Of a stretch of 64,000 nucleotides of DNA, positions 1 through 7,936 are shown in pieces. This stretch comes from an uncultured Methanoregulaceae archaeon (lineage in GTDB: Archaea; Halobacteriota; Methanomicrobia; Methanomicrobiales; Methanospirillaceae). Each line of letters begins with the position of its first letter. Position 1 is the first letter of the stretch. The notes below the pieces were generated by a model that did no database searches, was not told the DNA's origin, and was given only the letters and a program-made list of their open reading frames with translations. The translations under genes and the position numbers were made by a program. The DNA is taken from assembly GCA_963705255.1 (NCBI GenBank), contig OY970061.1, positions 2,432,001 to 2,496,000 on the forward strand, in the 5' to 3' direction.

Positions 1-412
1 GGTCCGCCAGGATAATGGTCGCTGGCTGGTTCCACACGTGCTTATTCTTCTCATCAGACCCCCACAAAATAACATTTTGTAAACGGATGCGTTCTTCTGA
101 GAACCACTGCAGGATCTCATTGTTCCCATAAAATTCCCGGAAATCGTTGATCTCTTTTGGAGTAGTGTTCTCTTTCCGGGAAAAATGTTCCATGATTGCA
201 AAATCCAGGACATAATCTCCGAGTGTCGCCAGGCTCTTGTCCTCCGGGATTTTCCTGAGCTGGTCAAATCTTATCTTCTCATTCAGGAAAGCGTTGCTGA
301 TGATTGCACTTACCAGTCGTTCTTTATTCTGGACGGGATATCCCAGAAGTAATTTTTCAACCGGAAAACATATTTCGTGCAGGTACGTCGCCCATTCAGT
401 GTTCTTCTCCAT
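1..412 (-). CDS. Ribonuclease III-domain protein (Mini-III-like), runs off the window edge
   Basis: Not in the ORF track. Manual translation from ATG at 412 gives MEKNTEWATYLHEICF...KSLATLGDYVLDFAI...QPATIILAD. LATLGDYVL resembles the RNase III signature (ERLEFLGDAVL); ILAD precedes the second catalytic motif. Confidence 0.65.
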   Translation of the reverse strand, partial: MEKNTEWATYLHEICFPVEKLLLGYPVQNKERLVSAIISNAFLNEKIRFDQLRKIPEDKSLATLGDYVLDFAIMEHFSRKENTTPKEINDFREFYGNNEILQWFSEERIRLQNVILWGSDEKNKHVWNQPATIILAD

Positions 413-504
413 AATATCTCCCGTTTTGGTATGAAGAGCAGAAGTATCGCTGAGGGCATAATCTTTATCGCTCCCTTTAGGCAAATCCCGGGGAATCATG
501 GGTA

Positions 505-553
505 GGTCTGACGCCCATCGCTCCCGCCCCTCGCCGGGTGGGCTAGCCCCGGA
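505..553 (+). repeat. Short copy of a structured intergenic repeat (GGTCTGACGC...GTGGGCT.GCCC.GGA)
   Basis: Shares both ends with 1943-2049. Confidence 0.55.
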
Positions 554-624
554 AGTTTCCAAGGATTTTATGTAATGATAGATACAATTCAAGAATAATT
601 CTGAAATGAGCGTGAATAGATCCC

Positions 625-1083
625 ATGAAAGAAAAATTTAAAAAAATCATCGATGAATTACCAATTTTGATGAAAAAACTAAACGAATCTCCCCTTTGCC
701 ACCGGTTAGAAACAGAAAAATTTCCTGAAAAAGGAATTTACGTTTTTTACGAGAATGGAAAGCCGATGTATACCGGCCGCTCTGAAGATATGAAAGAACG
801 CCTTAAAGCACATGGTCGTCCAAGTTCTGGTCATAATTCGGCAACTTTTGCATTTATTTTAGTTAAAGAGAACGTGATAGGCTCTGAAATTGATCTCACA
901 CAATCTAGAGAAGATCTTGAAAAAGATACAAAATTTAAACCGATTTATCGAGCGATGAAAGCCCGAGTTGCAAAAATGCAGATCAAGACCGTTGAGATTG
1001 ACAATCCTATCACACAAACTTTTTTCGAAGTCTATGCGGCTCTCGAATTGAATACACCTTATAACGAATGGGGAACTCACTAA
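625..1083 (+). CDS. GIY-YIG nuclease family protein
   Basis: KGIYVFY...MYTGRSEDMKERLKAH motif; conserved C-terminal E and N. Confidence 0.8.
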   Translation: MKEKFKKIIDELPILMKKLNESPLCHRLETEKFPEKGIYVFYENGKPMYTGRSEDMKERLKAHGRPSSGHNSATFAFILVKENVIGSEIDLTQSREDLEKDTKFKPIYRAMKARVAKMQIKTVEIDNPITQTFFEVYAALELNTPYNEWGTH

Positions 1084-1229
1084 TCGATTTTTTCTGAGGT
1101 ATATTTATCGCTCGCACCAGGCTACCCACTCATTATCACGAGTTGTTTCCCGAATGGATCATAACAATCCCTGCGGCTGGTCTGGCACCGTTACCGATTT
1201 TCTCTCTCGCGAAAGCTGAATGGCCTGCT

Positions 1230-1427
1230 TCACTCCTGCCCCTTCGCCCACCACACCAGCACCGCCAGGACGACGACCAATATTCCAATGAAAATCGCCG
1301 GCATGTACGCCGAACCCCTGAACACGACAAGCACGATGTCCAGCACCATCCCGAGGGCCAGCCCCGCAGCGATGCCGACGATGAGGCGCTTGATCGTGCG
1401 GTCTTCGAATATGGTGGAGTCCGTCAT
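1230..1427 (-). CDS. Small two-helix membrane protein
   Basis: 65 aa with two hydrophobic segments. Confidence 0.55.
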   Translation of the reverse strand: MTDSTIFEDRTIKRLIVGIAAGLALGMVLDIVLVVFRGSAYMPAIFIGILVVVLAVLVWWAKGQE

Positions 1428-1604
1428 GGTTGTTTCCTTACTTATTTTGTATCATGCTCATGGTTTTGGAATTTGTTTGTGATGTTCGGTTTTTTATTTC
1501 CATCACATCCACAACGGGTTGGCGCGGGAGTGCTGCCTTCAATTCCGTATGCCGGTGACTGGTGAGATTTCCCGGAACGGCAGAGTACCGTGTTCAGACC
1601 AAGC

Positions 1605-1674
1605 GTCTAAGCCGGGGGTGTCCGATCGGGAATTTTCTCCGGTCCGGGAATTGACGAACTGGGTTCACCAGGCA
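1605..1674 (+). repeat. Left copy of an inverted repeat pair bracketing the island
   Basis: GACGAACTGGGTTCACCAGGCA (22 nt) and AGCCGGGGG recur reverse-complemented at 19363-19435. Confidence 0.7.
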
Positions 1675-1763
1675 CCGAAATATAGATCGGTATGCAAACA
1701 GGATAAATTTATCCAAAGGTATGATGATTACATACTTGGTATATTCCGGTATAAAAGTATGAG

Positions 1764-1898
1764 ATGGCTCTGACTACGATCAAGATCCAAACGGAAACAC
1801 GGGACAAACTTGCGGATCTTGGGAAAAAATCGGAGAGCTATGATACTATCATCAACCGATTGATTGAATTTTACCGGGTCAATGCAAAGAAAGAATAA
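1764..1898 (+). CDS. Small ribbon-helix-helix/antitoxin-like DNA-binding protein (44 aa)
   Basis: Manual translation MALTTIKIQTETRDKLADLGKKSESYDTIINRLIEFYRVNAKKE; typical archaeal RHH pattern (TTI.I..ETRD.L...G...ESYD.II.RL). Confidence 0.75.
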   Translation: MALTTIKIQTETRDKLADLGKKSESYDTIINRLIEFYRVNAKKE

Positions 1899-1942
1899 TC
1901 TGATTTTTCCTCCATCTGCTTGTGTTACATGAGCGTGCGGAG

Positions 1943-2049
1943 GGTCTGACGCTCAACGAGGCTTGAAGTGATTTGAAAATCGCTTCTCAAATCTGCCATT
2001 CATTCTGAACGGCAGATACTCCGCCCTAGCAGCGTGGGCTTGCCCTGGA
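1943..2049 (+). repeat. Long copy of the structured intergenic repeat, with two internal hairpins
   Basis: Stems GAAGTGATT/AATCGCTTC and ATCTGCC/GGCAGAT lie between ends shared with 505-553. Confidence 0.55.
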
Positions 2050-2117
2050 TGATTAAGCTAAAAATGAAATAATAATTCTTTCGTTCCGATATCGTACAGA
2101 AAATTTAGTTCTAAAAA

Positions 2118-2504
2118 TTATTTTACTAATAGTCCATTCCGCTGTAAAGCGAGAACAACTTCCATTTGTCCATTTTGAATGATCTTTGTTTTAACAACTT
2201 GATTCCATAAATTGTCCTCATTCGAACACGTTGGTTTTTCTTTTAGTATCTTGGCGGCATCAATTGCATAATTTTTGTTTTTCTTAGAATTTGTATATGC
2301 TCCCTTCGGAATCCCATGGATTAATCCAACTTCACAAAGACCCAGAAATGCAGATTTAGGACAACACTTCTTTCTCACTGATTCACTATTCGTCTGGGTT
2401 TTTATTGCTTGTTCCCACGCCTCAATGGGATCCCCCACCTTTTTTTCGGCGAATAACTTGACTGCTAAAATTGCACTATCCCCAAAAATACCCAAAATTA
2501 TCAC
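2118..2504 (-). CDS. Conserved hypothetical protein (DUF6979-like)
   Basis: K.CPKSAFLGLCE.GLI.GIP.G.YT.SKKNK.YAI motif. The real start is probably TTG near 2495, after a GAGGTGA RBS. Confidence 0.6.
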   Translation of the reverse strand: MIILGIFGDSAILAVKLFAEKKVGDPIEAWEQAIKTQTNSESVRKKCCPKSAFLGLCEVGLIHGIPKGAYTNSKKNKNYAIDAAKILKEKPTCSNEDNLWNQVVKTKIIQNGQMEVVLALQRNGLLVK

Positions 2505-2545
2505 CTCTTTAAATTTTCAATTTTGATATTGATTATCCTTCACGA

Positions 2546-3432
2546 TTAAATTGCTGCATATTTCGAATCTTCAAGACGATATATCTGAATTAATGCTGAT
2601 CCCTCAGCTAGATTGGAATCAGTGAAGGTTTTTAACGGCACTAAATTGTTTTCATCAATTTTGCTTTCCATATACGGTTTTTGGTGTGAACGATAATTCA
2701 TACCAGTTCGCCAACTCTTCGGAATTGGTCTTCGAATGAAAATCGCAGCGCCGAAGACCGGAACGTGCCATTGGGCAGAAGCTCCGACAAAACCTTTTCT
2801 TACAAAATCCACGACACCTTTCGGGCCTTCTTCGGATAATGGAACAAAGTAATGAACATGGCTTAGGATAACATCGACTCCTGGATTCTCCAGCTTATAT
2901 TGTTGGGGTCGTAGGTATCATAACAGATTGCTGGATAAAATCGAATTCCGTTTAAGGAAAAAATTCGTGGTTTCCCTAATTCTCCTAAACGAAAATCGGT
3001 TGTCAGTTTTACACACTTTTTTTTTTCAGTAGTTTTTACTTGATATTTTCTACCAATGGAAATAATTCCGGATTTATCAAGGGAGATTGAAATTTGATCT
3101 TCATCGAACCCTTCACGATTAAATGATCCATCAATTCCAATACTCACGACAATATGCGCTGGAAATTTTTTTAAGCAATTGCTAATTTCTTTTTCAATAA
3201 ACGGAAAAATGGACTCAGCAGGATCTTTACCGGTATGAATCCATCCTCCCGGGAACAAGATAATACCATCCCCAGATATTTCGAATGAAACTTTTTCGAC
3301 GACTCGAAATAACCCTCTGAGTCGGTCTATATTTTTTCCAATGTATGGATTGGTTTCTGAAAATCTATCATCAATTGTTTCGAGAGTTACCGTTGCAATC
3401 CATATTGATATACGAGAACGATCCGAAGTCAT
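2546..3432 (-). CDS. Carbon-nitrogen hydrolase (nitrilase superfamily)-like protein, split by a 1-nt frameshift near 2905
   Basis: Motifs IILFPGG, GRKY and PAICYD. Adding one base in GGGG joins it to KLENPGVDVILSHVH...DFVRKGF (ORF 2546-2812). Confidence 0.6.
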
Positions 3433-3441
3433 ACTGGAAAA

Positions 3442-4122
3442 TTATTGATATTCTACTGGATCCTTGATTCCAGCTTCACGAAATGCGGCTAATCGTTCGT
3501 CACATGACCCACATTTTCCACATGGTTTTTCACCGCCTTTGTAACAAGTCCAGGTCATAGAATAATCCACATTGAGCGACATACCTCGTTTCACGATATC
3601 TCCTTTGGTCATGTGCAAGTATGGGACATCCAGAATTATGTCGCTCCAATCACAAAGATGAAACGCTGTCGTCATTGCGCTGACAAATGCGGGTCGACAG
3701 TCCGGATAAATCGTGTGATCGCCTGCGTGAGCACCATAAAACAGATGGTTCGCTTTTATCCCAATCGCATATGCTGCCGCGATACTGAGTAAAACCATGT
3801 TCCTGTTAGGAACGACGGTCTGTTTCATATTTTCATCTGCATAATTTCCTTCCGGAACGGCCCAGTCCTTCCGAGTGAGTGATGAAGGTGCAATGTCGTT
3901 GAGGATTCCGACATCGATAATTTTGTGAGGGATGTGTAGTCTTTGGCAAATCTTTTGTGCACAAACGATCTCGTTGTTATGTTTTTGATGGTAATCAAAC
4001 GTTACGGCGTTGATTTCATATCCTTGATCGATCAAGTCATAGAGTAAAGTCGTGCTGTCCATGCCACCGGATAAAATGAGAACTGCCTTCCTGATCAATG
4101 AAAATTTATTCGTTTTCGTCAT
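3442..4122 (-). CDS. queC: 7-cyano-7-deazaguanine (preQ0) synthase
   Basis: SGGMDSTT, VPNRN, YPDCR, TWTCY and CGKCGSC motifs. Confidence 0.95.
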   Translation of the reverse strand: MTKTNKFSLIRKAVLILSGGMDSTTLLYDLIDQGYEINAVTFDYHQKHNNEIVCAQKICQRLHIPHKIIDVGILNDIAPSSLTRKDWAVPEGNYADENMKQTVVPNRNMVLLSIAAAYAIGIKANHLFYGAHAGDHTIYPDCRPAFVSAMTTAFHLCDWSDIILDVPYLHMTKGDIVKRGMSLNVDYSMTWTCYKGGEKPCGKCGSCDERLAAFREAGIKDPVEYQ

Positions 4123-4379
4123 GGGATTCTTTTCTAGTATCTTTCATAATGTCTTCAAATTTCACCTTATTTATCTGGTAGATCCGTTTTCTGCCATCGG
4201 TGGGATCCCTTCGCTTAGAGATGTACCGGATTTCCCGAGTTTCGATAAAATTTGATTTGAATATCTTACGTCATGCTTGAGCAGCTTTCTGCATCCGGGA
4301 AAATAAAATCTTCATTCCCAAATTTTGAATGTAACAACGAGAGATCTTTAAGGAGAAATTTGGGAATAAAAACTGCCAT
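4106..4379 (-). CDS. Winged-helix (MarR-like) regulator, broken by two 1-nt deletions
   Basis: Reconstructed as MAVFIPKFLLKDLSLLHSKFGNEDFIFPDAEKLLKHDVRYSNQILSKLGKSGYISKRRDPTDGRKRIYQINKV...; the stop overlaps the queC start. Confidence 0.6.
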
Positions 4380-4469
4380 GTTGTCCAGAGCAGATTTTAT
4401 TCGAAATATACTTATAGTTATGAGTAGTCAAATCATTAATTAGTCTAATGATTTGTTTGGGTTTTTATC

Positions 4470-5501
4470 ATGTTATCCAGTATCAAAATTATTGAGACGG
4501 CTCATGGAAATTTACAGACACCTGCATTTTTTCCGGTTTATCATCTCAACAAACGGGGAACGGTATCGTGTCCGAAATTTTGGAATGAAATTCCTGAGTT
4601 AAAAACTATGCTCGTCAATGCGCATGGTATAAAAGAATGTAAACGGTTTAAAAAAATTCTCACCCATGGTCTGGATAAACACCTCCACTTTCCCGGGATA
4701 ATTTTTGTTGATAGTGGGGGTCTGCAAAACCGTCTCTACGATTTGAAATTGGATCCATTAGAGATGTTAAGGGTTCAGGAAAAGATTGGTGCAGATATTG
4801 CCGCAACTCTCGATGCTCCGGTCTTTTCAAATGATAATATTTCTTCTATGGATCATTCTGAGCGGATCAGAATCACCATTCAGAATGCTTTGCTCTCGTT
4901 GAAAAATCGTGAACGGGAGGATATGCGACTCTACGCCGTAATTCATGGTAACGAAATTAAAGTCATGACAAACATGATTGATTATCTCAAAAGGAAAGGC
5001 GATTTTGACGGGTTTGCCATTGGGGGCCTGATTTTCAAACGATCGAATTATCGGAGTCTTATTGATCTTGTCATCGCTCTTCGGAAACGAGCCGGCGGTA
5101 AACCTCTACATGTTTTCGGGCTCGGCGGACCGACAATGATCCCTTTGCTGACGTATCTCGGTGTAGATACATTCGATTCATCATCGTTTCTTTCGGTTGG
5201 CTCGAATCGCGTTTATTTTACTCCCGAGCAAGGGTCATGGGAATTCAAAGAGATGCCCGAGATGGAATTTTTACCTTGCGTCTGTCCTGTCTGCAGTAAG
5301 AATACCTTGGAACATGTTCGCTCTGAACGAAGATTGATCGGGATGCACAATTTATGGATGATTTCTTACGAGATTCGAAAGTTGAAAATGCATATTCAGG
5401 AGGGAGACATGGATTCATATCTTGATTATCGGTTTGCAAATAACCCCCAGATAAAAATTGCGTACAAATATGCAAAAGCAAAAATCAGAGGTTTTGTATG
5501 A
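4470..5501 (+). CDS. tRNA-guanine transglycosylase (TGT)-fold protein without PUA domain
   Basis: QTPAFFPV, VDSGG, LDAP, FAIGG, LHVFGLG, GVDTFDSS, and Zn site CVCPVC...HN. Confidence 0.9.
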   Translation: MLSSIKIIETAHGNLQTPAFFPVYHLNKRGTVSCPKFWNEIPELKTMLVNAHGIKECKRFKKILTHGLDKHLHFPGIIFVDSGGLQNRLYDLKLDPLEMLRVQEKIGADIAATLDAPVFSNDNISSMDHSERIRITIQNALLSLKNREREDMRLYAVIHGNEIKVMTNMIDYLKRKGDFDGFAIGGLIFKRSNYRSLIDLVIALRKRAGGKPLHVFGLGGPTMIPLLTYLGVDTFDSSSFLSVGSNRVYFTPEQGSWEFKEMPEMEFLPCVCPVCSKNTLEHVRSERRLIGMHNLWMISYEIRKLKMHIQEGDMDSYLDYRFANNPQIKIAYKYAKAKIRGFV

Positions 5502-6340
5502 GGCAAACAATGCGTCCGGTCTCATTGAGTCGAGTTGTCGAGACAGCGGATTTCGCGAGAAAAAAAGGAAAATTTAGTAGTAAGGATTTAGCCGAATTTT
5601 TAAAATCTTCACCGTCAAGAGGAAAAGAAATTGCAGAAGAGTCAGTAAATATTGGCATTCTGGCAAAAGAGAATGAGTTTTACATTCCCACAGTGTTGTG
5701 TTCTCTATTCCTTAACGCTCTACGACAAAATGATTGGAAAGGAATTCACCACATAATGATGGATTACTCCTTTTACCGGAAATTTTTTAAAATTCTTGAA
5801 TCGATTGAACCGTCAAATCCGGAAGAGATTCTTTCAGCATTAGGAAAATCAACAATCCCCTTCAATGAGGTTTCCCGTCAGGTTCTCTGCGACTGGGGAG
5901 AGCGTATAGGTTCGGTCCAGCGCAATATTTTCACGAACCAGTATTTTACAATCAGGGATTCAGGTCAGTCAATTATTCCCTCATTCCTTGATACGTACCG
6001 ATCACTGAACGTTAAAACCGGGTTGTCACTTCGACAGAGATATGTCGAGATTCCAAAGGTACGGGAATCTGTTTGCCAGGAATTGAAGATCTCCCGTGAA
6101 AATTTTGATCTGCGTTTCATAGATTTATGTCAAAAAAACATCGGAAAGATCGAACTTGCGGGAGCTCCAGTAACAACCCATGCAAAAAAATCCTCAAAAA
6201 AAGTGAAAAATGTGCAGTTTCTTGAACTTCAAGACAAAATCACGATGAAATTGTCATCGAATCAGTTTCTTAACGGCGTAATGGTTGGAAGAAAATCATA
6301 TTATTTTGTAGCATATCATGGCGGTGAATTGATTGACTGA
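5498..6340 (+). CDS. Hypothetical protein, probably with winged-helix repeats
   Basis: 280-aa ORF overlapping both neighbours; HTH-like N-terminus (FSSKDLAEFLKSSPSRGKEIAE). Confidence 0.6.
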   Translation: MRQTMRPVSLSRVVETADFARKKGKFSSKDLAEFLKSSPSRGKEIAEESVNIGILAKENEFYIPTVLCSLFLNALRQNDWKGIHHIMMDYSFYRKFFKILESIEPSNPEEILSALGKSTIPFNEVSRQVLCDWGERIGSVQRNIFTNQYFTIRDSGQSIIPSFLDTYRSLNVKTGLSLRQRYVEIPKVRESVCQELKISRENFDLRFIDLCQKNIGKIELAGAPVTTHAKKSSKKVKNVQFLELQDKITMKLSSNQFLNGVMVGRKSYYFVAYHGGELID

Positions 6341-7514
6341 ATTTTCTCTGACTTTAAAAAATAAAGATTACTCTAAATATGGATTAGCTGGGAATCCCTT
6401 CCCTTTCTCCGGAGTGCCTGACGAACACCCGAGTATCTACATTGGCCAGGATGAAGTGCTCGAACGAATTAATTCTGTTTTGTCTTCGACAGTGTTATCG
6501 CACCAATCAAGCCACCTCATTATTACCGGATCGTATGGGAATGGTAAGAGTCATACCCTCAAATTTATCAAATCCCATATTCGTGACGAATTTTCTGATA
6601 AGTCGCCTAAGAAAATATGCGTCGGTTATGTTTCACAACCCGGGGAGACCTTCCTCGATATATATACGAAATTCATGTACGATCTCGGCTATCATTTCGT
6701 GAAGCAGTTGTCGCAATCATACCTTGGCCAGATCGCGTATCAACTATCCAAAGAGGGTCTGATCGATGCCAAAATCCGTAAAGGCCAAGGGTGGAAACGA
6801 ATAGAGAATGGCGACGTTTTGATATCCGATATTGTTCCCAAGGCTATTGAACGATTGAATGACAGGATTAAGTTCGTAGATTTTACCCGAGCTTTCATCG
6901 CAATGTCGTACGAAGAAAATTCCATTTACTCATGGGAGTGGCTCTGTGGTGAAGGGGTCGAGTACAACAAACGGCACGAATTGTCCCTCGGAAAAAATCT
7001 CAACGATACGAATTCCATCCGTGCATTTGGAGCATTGAAATTTATCCTGGAAGATCTGGACTACTCTTCGATCGTTCTTCTGATCGATGAATTCGAATAT
7101 ATCGAGACGCTCCCCCCGCTCAAGAAGCAGAAATTACTAAATTCACTCCGGCACATCATCGATATGAATGGAGAAGGACTCTCGATGATTATTGCCTGTG
7201 CGCCGGAAGTCTGGCAGACGATTGTCGCCGAGTATCATGCATTTTCCGAACGTATTGCAAAGGAGACGAATCTCAAACCTCTTGACCAGGATAAAATCCG
7301 GTTATTGCTGATGTCGTACCTCAACAACAAAAGAGAGAAAAATCAGAAATCGCTTCTCCCCTTTACTGACGATTCAATTGAAGAGATCTTCCAGATTTCG
7401 CAGGGAAATACCCGTCGTGTGATCTCCCTTTGTAGTCAGGCCCTCGATGCCTCATTGCAATTTAACAAGCCAACGATCGATCGTGAGATTCTTGATTCGG
7501 TAATTGCCGGATAA
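6333..7514 (+). CDS. AAA+ P-loop ATPase (BrxD/DUF2791- or Orc/Cdc6-like)
   Basis: GLAGNPF N-terminus, Walker A GSYGNGKS, WEWLCGE, Walker B LLIDEFE, sensor GNTR. Confidence 0.85.
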   Translation: MTEFSLTLKNKDYSKYGLAGNPFPFSGVPDEHPSIYIGQDEVLERINSVLSSTVLSHQSSHLIITGSYGNGKSHTLKFIKSHIRDEFSDKSPKKICVGYVSQPGETFLDIYTKFMYDLGYHFVKQLSQSYLGQIAYQLSKEGLIDAKIRKGQGWKRIENGDVLISDIVPKAIERLNDRIKFVDFTRAFIAMSYEENSIYSWEWLCGEGVEYNKRHELSLGKNLNDTNSIRAFGALKFILEDLDYSSIVLLIDEFEYIETLPPLKKQKLLNSLRHIIDMNGEGLSMIIACAPEVWQTIVAEYHAFSERIAKETNLKPLDQDKIRLLLMSYLNNKREKNQKSLLPFTDDSIEEIFQISQGNTRRVISLCSQALDASLQFNKPTIDREILDSVIAG

Positions 7515-7517
7515 GAA

Positions 7518-7912
7518 TTGAAATCTAAAATTTTTGAAAGACCAGGAGAACATATTCCAATGTTCATATTCCGGGATAATGCAACAATCTTCACGGACAT
7601 CACTGGAAGGTTGAGGTTTGGGTCGATGGGGAAGTTGATGAAAAGACACAGATTGTTGTCGATTACAATACAATCAAGAAAGTGATTGAACGGTTTGACC
7701 ATATGGTAATCCTGAATCGAAAGGACCCAATGATCTCCTGCCTCGAACGATATCAATCGGTCGTATCGGCAGATGGGGATCCAACGAGTGAGCTCCTGGC
7801 TCTTCACTTTAAAAATATGCTTGAAAATGATGAGGATTTCAAGAGGGCTGATGCGAAGGTGACGCGGATTAGAGTTTGAGAATCACCGACGAGTTGTGCG
7901 GAGATCATATAA
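7518..7912 (+). pseudogene. queD: 6-carboxy-5,6,7,8-tetrahydropterin synthase pseudogene
   Basis: One frame reads G*CNNLHGHHWKVEV...VVDYNTIK...FDHMVILN...PTSELLA...RIRV*ESPTSCAEII. In-frame TAA at 7577 and TGA at 7877; the 5' end is out of frame. Confidence 0.85.
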
Positions 7913-7936
7913 AAATCTCATTTTCATTAAAAAAAA

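Noticed and set aside
3442-4122. QueC as a QatC/Cap9-type protein-modifying defence enzyme
   Set aside because: Canonical length and motifs, with TGT/DpdA/queD neighbours; no TatD, QatB or CD-NTase is seen.
6333-7514. Calling the island BREX
   Set aside because: No PglX methyltransferase, PglZ or BrxL motifs are found in the window.
7877-7879. TGA in queD as selenocysteine or readthrough
   Set aside because: The position is normally Trp, and a second stop (TAA) and a broken 5' end are present.
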